NCBI GenBank assembly: GCA_963674735.2
Contig: CAXXQS010000002.1
Location: forward strand, 288,001 to 352,000
Direction of reading: 5' to 3'
Length of the DNA: 64,000 nucleotides
Source of the DNA: Myxococcota bacterium
GTDB taxonomy: Bacteria; Myxococcota_A; SURF-8
Shown here: positions 55,542 through 64,000 of the stretch, piece after piece
Numbering within the stretch: the first letter of the stretch is position 1
Layout of the letters: each line of letters starts with the position of its first letter
Notes under the pieces: generated by a model
What the model was told of the DNA's origin: nothing
Database searches by the model: none
Seen by the model: only the letters and a program-made list of their open reading frames with translations
Translations under genes and position numbers: made by a program

Positions 55542-56203
55542 TAATGGCGGAACGAAAGCCGATGGCCGAGCTGGAAGCCATGCTCGAACCATTCGCGAAG
55601 ATCGCCCTGGTCGGCTGCAAAGGTTGCGTAACCGTATGCAACGCCGGCGGCGAAAAGGAAGTGGGCATTTTAAGTTCGCAGTTGAAGCTGAGCCGTCGCC
55701 AGCAGGAAAAGCCGCTCGAAATCGTCGAAGTCACCCTGGAACGGCAGTGCGATCCCGAATTCATCGAGATGCTCGATGTTCACCTGGACGGCTGCCAGGC
55801 GGTGATGTCCATGGCTTGCGGGGTGGGCGTGCAACTGTGCGCCGAGAAACTGACCGCCATGCCGGTTTTTCCGTCGCTCAACACCACCTTCATGGGCCTG
55901 ACCGAACAGCCCGGTGAATACGCTGAACGCTGCCAGGGCTGCGGCGCCTGCAAACTGCACCTCACCGGCGGCATCTGCCCGGTCACCCGCTGCTCGAAAA
56001 GCCTGATGAACGGTCCCTGCGGTGGTTCCATGAAGGGCGTCTGCGAAGTACGGCCCGACATTCCCTGCGGCTGGCAGGTGATCATCGACCGCCTCGAAGA
56101 ACTGGGGCAGCTCGATAACTACGAAAAGATCATGGACGTGAACAACTGGTCCACCTCGCGCGACGGCGGACCCCGGCGTATCGTGCGGGAGGATTTGAAA
56201 TGA
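55538..56203 (+). CDS. metV: Methylene-THF reductase accessory subunit MetV
   Basis: GCKGCVTVC..GG, ERQC, ACGVG, CQGCGAC...CPVTRCSKSLMNGPCGG. Confidence 0.9.
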   Translation: MIMAERKPMAELEAMLEPFAKIALVGCKGCVTVCNAGGEKEVGILSSQLKLSRRQQEKPLEIVEVTLERQCDPEFIEMLDVHLDGCQAVMSMACGVGVQLCAEKLTAMPVFPSLNTTFMGLTEQPGEYAERCQGCGACKLHLTGGICPVTRCSKSLMNGPCGGSMKGVCEVRPDIPCGWQVIIDRLEELGQLDNYEKIMDVNNWSTSRDGGPRRIVREDLK

Positions 56204-57138
56204 TCACCAAAAGCAATCTGGAAGCGGTATTCGAAGCGGGACACTTTGCGATCACGGGCGAATGCGGACCGCCGCGCGGCTGCGATCCCGAGATCGTGAA
56301 GGAAAAGGGCTCCATTCTCAAAGGCTACGTGGACGCCTGCAACGTCACCGACAATCAGACCGCCATGGTGCGCATGTCCTCCGTGGCCGCCTGCAAATTG
56401 TTGCTGGATCTGGGCCTGGAGCCGGTGATGCAGATGGTCTGCCGCGACCGTAACCGCATCGCCATCCAATCGGACATCCTCGGGGCTGCGGCGCTGGGCA
56501 TCCACAACCTGATGTGCCTCTCCGGCGACCACCAGGTTTTCGGCGACCACCCCGGTGCGAAAAACGTCTACGACATCGATTCGATTCAGCTGGTCGATGT
56601 GGTGCGCAAGATGCGCGACGAAGAGCTGTTCCAGGGCGGCAAACCCATCAAGAAGGGCGCGCCCAAGATTTTCATCGGTGCGGCCGCCAATCCCTTCGCC
56701 GACCCCTTCGCCATCCGCGTTCCGCGCCTGGCCAAGAAGGTGGCTGCCGGAGCGAACTTCATCCAGACCCAGTGCATCTTCAACCTCGACCGCTTCGGCG
56801 AGTGGATGGAGGGCGTGCGCAAGCGCGGCCTGCACGAGAAAGTGAAGATCATGGCAGGCGTCACCCCGATGAAATCGGCGCGTATGGCCTCCTACATGGC
56901 CAACAACGTGGCGGGCATGGATGTACCCAAGGCCATGGTGGACCGCATGAAGTCGGTCGAAAAAGAAGAAATGCAGGCCGAAGGCATCAAGATCGCCATC
57001 GAAACCATCAAGCAGCTCAAGGAGATGGAAGGCGTCTCGGGCGTGCACATCATGGCCATCGAGTGGGAAAAAGCCGTCCCCGAGATGGTGAAAGGCGCGG
57101 GACTGTATCCGCGACCCGACATGAGCGGCAACGCCTGA
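56200..57138 (+). CDS. metF: 5,10-methylenetetrahydrofolate reductase
   Basis: E..PP, NVTDN, CRDRNR, LSGD, KKVAAGANFIQTQ, GVHIM. Confidence 0.94.
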   Translation: MITKSNLEAVFEAGHFAITGECGPPRGCDPEIVKEKGSILKGYVDACNVTDNQTAMVRMSSVAACKLLLDLGLEPVMQMVCRDRNRIAIQSDILGAAALGIHNLMCLSGDHQVFGDHPGAKNVYDIDSIQLVDVVRKMRDEELFQGGKPIKKGAPKIFIGAAANPFADPFAIRVPRLAKKVAAGANFIQTQCIFNLDRFGEWMEGVRKRGLHEKVKIMAGVTPMKSARMASYMANNVAGMDVPKAMVDRMKSVEKEEMQAEGIKIAIETIKQLKEMEGVSGVHIMAIEWEKAVPEMVKGAGLYPRPDMSGNA

Positions 57139-57162
57139 TCGTCGTCGTTTTTTGGATTTTGC

Positions 57163-57195
57163 AACGGCCGACTCCTCCGGGGGTCGGCCGTTTTT
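57163..57195 (+). terminator. Rho-independent terminator after metF
   Basis: AACGGCCGAC...GTCGGCCGTT stem plus T run. Confidence 0.85.
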
Positions 57196-57197
57196 AC

Positions 57198-57375
57198 GGC
57201 GCTTCAATTCTACTTTTCACCGTTTTTCACCCACTATCATTCGGCTTACGGGGTGCCATGGGCCAAGCCTTTGGCTTGCCCATGCTGTTTTCACGGGCAA
57301 ACCTAACGGTTTAGCCCGTGCCACCCACCATCCATCGAAGATGATTCGAGACTCAATCAAAATTGAAACGCCCTA
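57198..57375. repeat. ~180-bp MITE/REPIN-like element, copy 2
   Basis: Similar to 26195-26374; termini GGCGCTTCAATT/AATTGAAACGCC. Confidence 0.85.
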
Positions 57376-57464
57376 CGGCCGTTTTTACGTCACTTGCACC
57401 GACGGACAGCTTGCGGTAAGCTGGCGCTTTCGGATCATCGAACGCTTGCAGGTAGGAGGTTGGC

Positions 57465-58721
57465 GTGAAGCAGGGACACACAGGGGTTTGCCGTTGGACC
57501 GCAATTTGGATCTTGATCGTAACCACCCTGCTTTCGCTCAGCCTACTGACAAATTGCGGCGGCGACGACTCCGCAGCCGATCCCGACGGCGACACGGACG
57601 CGGAATCCGGGGGCGAGACCGACAACCCCGCTCCCAGCCCGAGCGCCTGCCCCTCGGGGATCGTCACCAACGGTTTCTCGCTGCGCTGGGAACGGCTCAA
57701 CCACCGCATCTCCTGGTACAAGCTCCATCCGTTCCTGAACGCCTGCGACCCGCCGTCCGTCGCCGGAGCCACCCTGGATGCGGCTTTCATCGGCGGCAAT
57801 TTCACCACCGGCGAGCAGATGGACGATACCCCGCTTCTCGATTACCGCTATCAGACGGCCCATTCGCCCGACATTCTGGGCTTTGCCACGGGTAAGGCGG
57901 ACTTCGCACTCAGCGCCCCCGAGAATCAAGCCGAACAGCAAGTGGATGTTTCGCTGGTTCAGGAAAGCCTCACCGGCTTCGACCACTACGCGGTGCTCGT
58001 CACGGGTGTGGAATACGACACGCGCGTGGAGCAGGGGCCCGACTACCCCGACGATTACGACCCGGCGCACGGCTACACCAGCCGTGGCATCGGTGCGTGG
58101 TGCAAGGACGTCACGCTGTCGGACGACGGCGCGACGTTGAGCTTCACCGCCGGGCTGCGCTTCGATCACGCCCCGAGCGACCGCGCCAACATGAACCGTG
58201 CCATTCCCGAGGCCAAAACCAAAGGGGCGTTGTACTACACGGTGGTGGGCGTGGAAAACGGCGCCTTGCAAACCGCAACGGTGGACTACACGCTTCGCTA
58301 TCCCGAACCGGTCCCCCTGGAAGACCAGGTGATCGAACACGCCGCCACCGACCTGCGCCGCGTCGAAATCGCGCGCGACCCCGATCTGCCCGATGCCCTG
58401 GTGGGTGTGACGGCCTTCAACTTCGTCCTCGACCCCGACGCCGAAGCGGACGCTGAGGGAGACGTTCCCATCGGCTACTACATTCGTGAGTTCGCCGTCC
58501 TGGCCGAACTGGCCGAGTGGGAGACGGGCTCGGAAACCGGCATCGTGGATTTCGACGGCTACGCCTCGAACGCCACCGGCTTTTTCGCCTTCTATCCGTT
58601 GATTTCGCAATTCACCGGCGAAGTGGCGGTCATTCAATACGACGGCGTCAGCCCTTCCACCTTCCAGCTCCAGGAAGCCTTTAGCACCGGCGCGCAGAGT
58701 TTCGAGTTGGTGGTGAAGTAG
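57465..58721 (+). CDS. Hypothetical lipoprotein
   Basis: AGGAGG RBS, GTG start, lipobox-like LTNC, acidic DPDGDTD linker. Confidence 0.8.
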   Translation: MKQGHTGVCRWTAIWILIVTTLLSLSLLTNCGGDDSAADPDGDTDAESGGETDNPAPSPSACPSGIVTNGFSLRWERLNHRISWYKLHPFLNACDPPSVAGATLDAAFIGGNFTTGEQMDDTPLLDYRYQTAHSPDILGFATGKADFALSAPENQAEQQVDVSLVQESLTGFDHYAVLVTGVEYDTRVEQGPDYPDDYDPAHGYTSRGIGAWCKDVTLSDDGATLSFTAGLRFDHAPSDRANMNRAIPEAKTKGALYYTVVGVENGALQTATVDYTLRYPEPVPLEDQVIEHAATDLRRVEIARDPDLPDALVGVTAFNFVLDPDAEADAEGDVPIGYYIREFAVLAELAEWETGSETGIVDFDGYASNATGFFAFYPLISQFTGEVAVIQYDGVSPSTFQLQEAFSTGAQSFELVVK

Positions 58722-58867
58722 GTCGATTTTATTCCGTTGACTTCTCTTGAAAGTTTACATAAGCTCGCCGTGTAAATATCACCATCATGGTTTGCATAAT
58801 TCCAAATTGGGAATACCCCGCTCGGGATTTTACGGGAGGTGTTTGTCCATGCAAGGGAGGATGAACT

Positions 58868-59467
58868 ATGACGGATAAGAAACTTGCTTTCGTAACAGGT
58901 ATTTTAACTGTGATCGTAACTCTCGCCATCGGCTACGGCACACTGTGTGGCATGTTGGGCGGCATGGATCGCGATATCGCCAATCTCAAGGAAAACTTGA
59001 AAGAACTGAGGGCACAGACGACAGCTTTGGAAGAACGCATACGGGCTCTGGAAATAAAACTCCCACTGCCTAGTGATAAGGCAGCCTGCCGCTTTACAGC
59101 ACCTCTCGACGAAGCGGGAAAACTTGTGGTCCCCGAGGCTGGAACACCGTTTCGAGCTACAGTCGAATTCACTAACGTCGAATCTCTCTCGGCCGACGCA
59201 CGCCTCTACTCTGTTGTTCACGGCGGCGATCAACGCTATTACGTTCAGGACAGTCTGCCGGTGGGAGCAACGCCGAGCATTCAGATGACCTTTACGGTCA
59301 GCGAAAAAAAGCATCCTGAGTGGATTGCGGACCATGTTCTCTACGTGGTACTAGCTCGGACGGCCTCGGAGATCAACACGATGCGACAAGCGCACGGAAA
59401 GAGCCTCAGCGAGTTGCCATCCGGAACGATGCCGCTTTGTTCCATCAATGCGGTCGCGGGACATTGA
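58868..59467 (+). CDS. Hypothetical membrane-anchored protein with coiled coil
   Basis: GGAGG RBS, N-terminal TM, heptad region IANLKENLKELRAQTTALEERIRALE; lower GC. Confidence 0.7.
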   Translation: MTDKKLAFVTGILTVIVTLAIGYGTLCGMLGGMDRDIANLKENLKELRAQTTALEERIRALEIKLPLPSDKAACRFTAPLDEAGKLVVPEAGTPFRATVEFTNVESLSADARLYSVVHGGDQRYYVQDSLPVGATPSIQMTFTVSEKKHPEWIADHVLYVVLARTASEINTMRQAHGKSLSELPSGTMPLCSINAVAGH

Positions 59468-59915
59468 GTTAGAATTCGTACCTTCCCCCTTCTCATAACC
59501 TTCGCTCATAAGAAAACGGCTAGGCATCTGTTCATCAATGAATGACCCCTCATTCATCATCGATTCACTCAAGTTGGCGAAACTTCTGCCGATATCTGGT
59601 AAGGGTGCTTTTGCAGCGGCGGGAATCCCCCGTCGCCCGCTGTTCAAGTGGCGCAAAAAGGTTGACATCACGCGGTTTTTTTGGTACGAGCCAGACTGGT
59701 CTTTCCCCTGTGGCGGAATATCGGACTCCGGCTCGAAACAAAGCTTTTCGTTCCGTACAGTCCCGATCGACCCTGCTGAATTTGGATGCTGAACGGGTGT
59801 TCATCGGCACCCGCAACCGACAATTGAATGGTACCGGAAACCGACAACGATTCGTAATATCCGACTCGAGTTCCGACTCAATCGCAAACCCCGATCGACC
59901 GAGGAGATGATGACC

Positions 59916-61565
59916 ATGTCCGACCGCTATCCACAATTTTTTGCCGACCGGATCATGAGCCATGATGAAGCGCTCAAGAATTCCATCAAATCCAACATGA
60001 CCGTCGCCTCGGGTTTCGCCACGTCGGAGCCGCATTCCTTCTACGATCATTTGTGGGACTTCATCCAGAAGGAAGACATCCACGACCTGGTGATCAAGCA
60101 AGCGCTCTTTATGGCTCCCCATCGTCTGTGTCTGGGCGATGCGCTGTCGAGCAAGGGCATGTTTCACGATATGGCGGCCAACGACTCCACCTCGATCTTC
60201 GCCAACATGGCCAAGAAGGTCAACGGCGTCACCCGCAAGCTGGAAGGCTTGAAGAAACTCATCAATCATTACGAAGAGTTGAAGGAACGCCGCATTCAGT
60301 TCTGCTCGCCGTTCATCGGCGGCGCGACCAACGCCATCATCCCCGACACCACCGTCACACGCATGCTGTACCCCGATTACGTGGGCCGTAACACCACCCG
60401 CATGGGCGTCACCAACATGCAGTCGATCCATTTCCCCGACGCGGTGGATTCCATGGGCTACGACCCGGACAACAACCCGGTGGTCGACACCTTCATCGCC
60501 GTCATGACGCCGCCCGACGAGAACGGCGACATGAGCAACGGCCCCGCCAACGGCGCCAACGGCGAGATCATCGAAAAAGTGCTGGCCAATGCGGATGCCA
60601 ACCTGCTGCTGTACGTCAATCCCAAATACCCCTTCACCCGCGGCATCAGCGATGCACCCAATACGGTGAACATCAAGCAGTTCGAGAAGCTGGCCAAGGC
60701 CGGACGCCTGTTCGTCGTCGAGGACGAAGGCAAGGTTCCGTCCCTGCCCGCCGACAGCTTCAAATCGCCCAACAAAGTCGAATTGGCGGTTTCGGAGCAT
60801 GTGGTCAACCACATCGAGATGAACAAGCATTACGCCAACGGGCGCGCCATCCAGGTGGGCTTCGGTTCCACCGGCGTGCTGGCCATCAAAGGTCTCAAGG
60901 ATTCAAGCTGGACCGGCCGCAGCTACACCGAAATGATGGAGCCCTTCACCCTGGATCTGTTCGACGCGGGCAAAATCGCGGGATCGCACTTCATCGAGAA
61001 GGACGGCACGCGCACCATACTCGACGGCAAAATGGTGTGCACCTTCACCATCTGTGAAGAAAACAGCGACTTCTACGAGCGCATCAGCAACAACCCGGCC
61101 ATCATCATCTCCCCCGCCTCGCGCGTAGTGATTCCCGAAGGTTTCCACTACGGACTGGGCATCAACAACTGCCTGGCGGTGGATTTCCACGGACACGTCA
61201 ACTCGGGCGGCCGTTACCGCAACCACCACTCGGGCGTGGGCGGCGGCGCGACCATCTTCCGCGGTCTGGGCAAGGGTGGTCTGGGTTATCTCTGCCTCAA
61301 ATCCACCCACACCACCGCCGAAGGCAAACGCCGTTCCAGCATCCTGCCTTACATGCCGGTAGGTACGCCGATCAGCCATATCGGCCCCGACCTGATGGGC
61401 GGCCGCGAGGGCGCACGCTTCTTCCTGGTCACCGAATACGGCGTGGCGCGTCTGTCGGGTCAGAGCCAGCACGAGTTCATCAAGAACCTGATCTCGGTGG
61501 CGCATCCCGACTTCCGCGACTGGCTCAAGGCGCGCGCCTGGGAAGAATTCCGCGTAAGCGTCTAA
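59916..61565 (+). CDS. Acetyl-CoA hydrolase/family I CoA-transferase
   Basis: IQVGFG, YTEM, INNCLAVDFHGHVNS, SGVGGG, LVTEYGVARL, LISVAHPDFR. Confidence 0.85.
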   Translation: MSDRYPQFFADRIMSHDEALKNSIKSNMTVASGFATSEPHSFYDHLWDFIQKEDIHDLVIKQALFMAPHRLCLGDALSSKGMFHDMAANDSTSIFANMAKKVNGVTRKLEGLKKLINHYEELKERRIQFCSPFIGGATNAIIPDTTVTRMLYPDYVGRNTTRMGVTNMQSIHFPDAVDSMGYDPDNNPVVDTFIAVMTPPDENGDMSNGPANGANGEIIEKVLANADANLLLYVNPKYPFTRGISDAPNTVNIKQFEKLAKAGRLFVVEDEGKVPSLPADSFKSPNKVELAVSEHVVNHIEMNKHYANGRAIQVGFGSTGVLAIKGLKDSSWTGRSYTEMMEPFTLDLFDAGKIAGSHFIEKDGTRTILDGKMVCTFTICEENSDFYERISNNPAIIISPASRVVIPEGFHYGLGINNCLAVDFHGHVNSGGRYRNHHSGVGGGATIFRGLGKGGLGYLCLKSTHTTAEGKRRSSILPYMPVGTPISHIGPDLMGGREGARFFLVTEYGVARLSGQSQHEFIKNLISVAHPDFRDWLKARAWEEFRVSV

Positions 61566-61584
61566 GCACCTTTTCACTTCGATA

Positions 61585-61958
61585 GCTAGCGGGCGTGGGC
61601 AACCACGCCCGTTTTTACGTGGGGGGCAGCGATTCCGCTCAAACGTTGGTCGGGTGAATCTCTTGCCCGACAATTCTTTCCGGATTTAACGACGGCCGGG
61701 TGGCCTGGTTTTGAGTGGGTGCCATAGTCTCACGAACGACGTTCGGGAGGCTGTGTCTTCTTTATTTTGCACAGCTTCCCACGATCCGTCGGATCGCGTG
61801 AAACTGTGGCACCCCTTCGTTTCGCTAATCTTTCGAAGTCCGGGCATCCGGCCTGTCGCACTCAAGCCTAGGTCGGGCAAATTTCTTGCCCGACATTTCG
61901 TCTCCGCTCTCACTCTTGCGACCTTCCTCCGCCTCACCAGGGAAAGAGCGTCTCCCAG
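61585..61958. repeat. 374-bp direct repeat, copy 1 (terminator, REP-like units, last 8 codons of the downstream gene)
   Basis: Matches 62613-62985 with about 8 differences. Confidence 0.95.
61589..61616 (+). terminator. Rho-independent terminator after the CoA-transferase (duplicated at 62617-62644)
   Basis: GCGGGCGTGG-GCAA-CCACGCCCGT-TTTT. Confidence 0.8.
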
Positions 61959-61961
61959 TAT

Positions 61962-62610
61962 TGTAGGTCGGACAGATTTTCTGTCCGACAAAAACAAGAG
62001 CTTATTCTCCGGCAACATCTTCATCTGCTGGCATTCTCTCTGCATCATAATATCCCATTCGCAGATATTTATGAAAGGTTGACCATTCCCAATCGGACGG
62101 TTTTTCAACCAAACCATGCTTTACCGGATTAAAATGGACATAATCAAAATGACGAATTAAATCGTTTTCGTCTTTTATTGCATGTTCCCAAAACCTGTGT
62201 TGCCAAAATCCGGCTTCACGTCTTTTCACCTGTTTCACTGTTCGATCCGAGCGCGTATCGAACGTGTCTTTCAATTGGTAAGAAACACTTCGTTTGATTA
62301 AACTCCAGCGAATTGAAAAATCAGCATCATCCGATGGCAACGTCCAGATGCAATGCAAATGATCCGGCAATAAAACCCATGCAATAATATCAAACGGATG
62401 CGCCGAACGTACATCGTTTACAGCTGTCCTCAACGCAAGACGTGCTTCCTGTTTACACAGTAAATCCCGCTGTTTATTGGTTACGACAGTGAAAAAGTAT
62501 GTACCGCTTTCAATATAAAGTCGTCTTAGATCCTTCATGTGAGGATTGTATCATTTGGGGTAATTAAACATCAAGAGAAAATGTCGGACAGAAAATCTGT
62601 CCGACCTACA
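61962..62610 (-). mobile_element. RAYT cassette bounded by a perfect 29-bp inverted REP-B pair
   Basis: TGTAGGTCGGACAGATTTTCTGTCCGACA at 61962-61990 and its reverse complement at 62582-62610. Confidence 0.9.
62002..62538 (-). CDS. REP-associated tyrosine transposase (RAYT/TnpA-REP, HUH Y1)
   Basis: GTYFFTVVT, AWVLLPDHLH, FWQHRFWEH, DYVHFNPVKHGLV...DWEWST; AT-rich compared with its surroundings. Confidence 0.95.
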   Translation of the reverse strand: MKDLRRLYIESGTYFFTVVTNKQRDLLCKQEARLALRTAVNDVRSAHPFDIIAWVLLPDHLHCIWTLPSDDADFSIRWSLIKRSVSYQLKDTFDTRSDRTVKQVKRREAGFWQHRFWEHAIKDENDLIRHFDYVHFNPVKHGLVEKPSDWEWSTFHKYLRMGYYDAERMPADEDVAGE

Positions 62611-62612
62611 TG

Positions 62613-62985
62613 GCTAGCGGGCGTGGGCAACCACGCCCGTTTTTACGTGGGGGGCAGCGGTTGCACTCAAACGTTGGTCGGGTGAATCTCTTGCCCGACA
62701 ATTCTTTCCGGATTTAACGACGGCCGGGTGGCCTGGTTTTGAGTGGGTGCCATAGTCTCACGAACGACGTTCGGGAGGCTGTGTCTTCTTTATTTTGCAC
62801 AGCTTCCCACGATCCGTCGGATCGCGTGAAACTGTGGCACCCCTTCGTTTCGCTAATCTTTCGAAGTCCGGGCATCCGGCCTGTCGCACTCAAGCCTAGG
62901 TCGGGCAAATTTCTTGCCCGACATTTCTTCTCCGTTTTCACTCTTGCGACCTTCCTCTCCTCACCAGGGAAAGAGCGTCTCCCAG
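62613..62985. repeat. 373-bp direct repeat, copy 2
   Basis: Matches 61585-61958; overlaps the 3' end of the C45 peptidase gene. Confidence 0.95.
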
Positions 62986-64000
62986 GGAACGGTCACGCCG
63001 GGAGCTTCCGAGGCCAGCACACCGGGGCCGCTGGCGTGGACGATCAGGGTTTTCGTGGCGGGCTTGAAACCGATGGTGTGCACGGTGGTGGTGCCCAGTT
63101 CCACCTGGTTGACCATCCACACGATGTCGGCGAGGTCGATGACCCCATCGGCGCTGGGGTTGTCTTCGTCCTGCGGGTCGAGGCAGGTTCCCAGCGACTG
63201 GATCAACTCGCCATAGCGCCAGCCTGCACTGATCGTGTCGCTACGCTTTCTGAAATGGTTGGTGACCAGCATCGTCTCGGTGTTGTCGAGCCCGTTGACG
63301 GCCGTATCCAGCGGCGTGCGGAAGGTGGCGAAGCCGTCCGGGTGATCGGGCTGGTCGTTGGTTTCGAAACAGGCTCCGGCGTAGCGGCCCGGTTTGTGGG
63401 GCGTGACGAAATGGAAGTTGTTGCCCGAGTTCCAGGCGCTCGTTTCCAGCGAATATTCGAAGGCGGTGAAGGGATCGGAGGAACCCTCGGCGGCCAGCAG
63501 CGCCTTGCGCAGGGCATAGGAACGCGGTTCGAGTCCAGAATAGACAATGCCTGAGCCGTAACGCCTCGAATCATGAATAAAGGCCGCCTGCCCGTCGCCG
63601 TTCATGCAGCTGTGACAGCCGATCATGCCGGGCCAGGTGACCAGCACGAGCTGCCAGCTTTCGTCTTCGGGCGTTTCGCTTACGACGACGGTCCCAGTGC
63701 CCAGCATCTGGTCGGGTCCGGCGTCCCAGTCGAGATTGCGCGCAACCACGGTTTCGCCGTCGGCGGTCAGCGATCCCCAGGCGGAGGCGGACGAGCAGCC
63801 GAACATGGCGATATCGGAAATGATGTTGGCCAGCACGATGTCCTGGAAACCGAAGGTGGCGGCGGTGCCGTCGGGCAGCATGATGGCCGTATCCTGCATG
63901 GAAACCACCGCATCGGCGATGCCGTGCAGCATGGCGTCCTGCTCATCGGTCAAGTCGACCATGGCCTCGACGATCATGCGGGCCAGCGCCACGTCGTCCG
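62961..64000 (-). CDS. Peptidase C45/Ntn-hydrolase family protein (5' end outside window)
   Basis: GCSSASAWG...ARNLDW, WPGMIG...MN, TNHF; frame open to the window end. Confidence 0.8.
   Translation of the reverse strand, partial: DDVALARMIVEAMVDLTDEQDAMLHGIADAVVSMQDTAIMLPDGTAATFGFQDIVLANIISDIAMFGCSSASAWGSLTADGETVVARNLDWDAGPDQMLGTGTVVVSETPEDESWQLVLVTWPGMIGCHSCMNGDGQAAFIHDSRRYGSGIVYSGLEPRSYALRKALLAAEGSSDPFTAFEYSLETSAWNSGNNFHFVTPHKPGRYAGACFETNDQPDHPDGFATFRTPLDTAVNGLDNTETMLVTNHFRKRSDTISAGWRYGELIQSLGTCLDPQDEDNPSADGVIDLADIVWMVNQVELGTTTVHTIGFKPATKTLIVHASGPGVLASEAPGVTVPWETLFPW

Noticed and set aside
61686-62117. ORFs shared between the two direct repeats (also 61711-62082, 62714-62941, 62739-63554)
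   Set aside because: Read-through of non-coding repeat DNA overlapping real genes
62002-62538. IS200/IS605 TnpA with TnpB
   Set aside because: No tnpB is adjacent; motifs and flanking GTAG REPs fit a RAYT

Overview
GC-rich bacterial chromosome segment. A deltaproteobacterial/Myxococcota-like anaerobe is inferred from gene content and Asp-Gly-Asp-rich lipoproteins. It opens with the core tRNA(Thr,Tyr,Gly,Thr)-tuf-rpmG-tRNA(Trp)-secE-nusG-rplKAJL-rpoB cluster (minus strand) and groES-groEL. Metabolic genes follow: GlnRS fused to a tRNA-binding OB domain; a CpgS-like protein/carbamate kinase/ornithine carbamoyltransferase operon resembling the arginine synthetase pathway; glpAB plus an HdrD-like subunit; a cation-chloride cotransporter; MMPL-dxr-rseP-tsaB; an amino-sugar operon; panB; and an hdrC-hdrB-hdrL-mvhD-metV-metF operon. 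The most striking signal is in the non-coding DNA. Intergenic regions carry at least four families of REP-like palindromes. Two apparently identical IS110 elements each sit in the same position of one REP family, at a CT core, and their non-coding end contains a readable IS621-type bridge RNA with target guides, donor guides and a circle-junction TTGACA-17-TATTAT promoter. A REP-associated tyrosine transposase (RAYT) with its own inverted REP pair lies between two ~373-bp direct repeats of local chromosome. Product calls come from motif recognition only; no database searches or folding programs were run.
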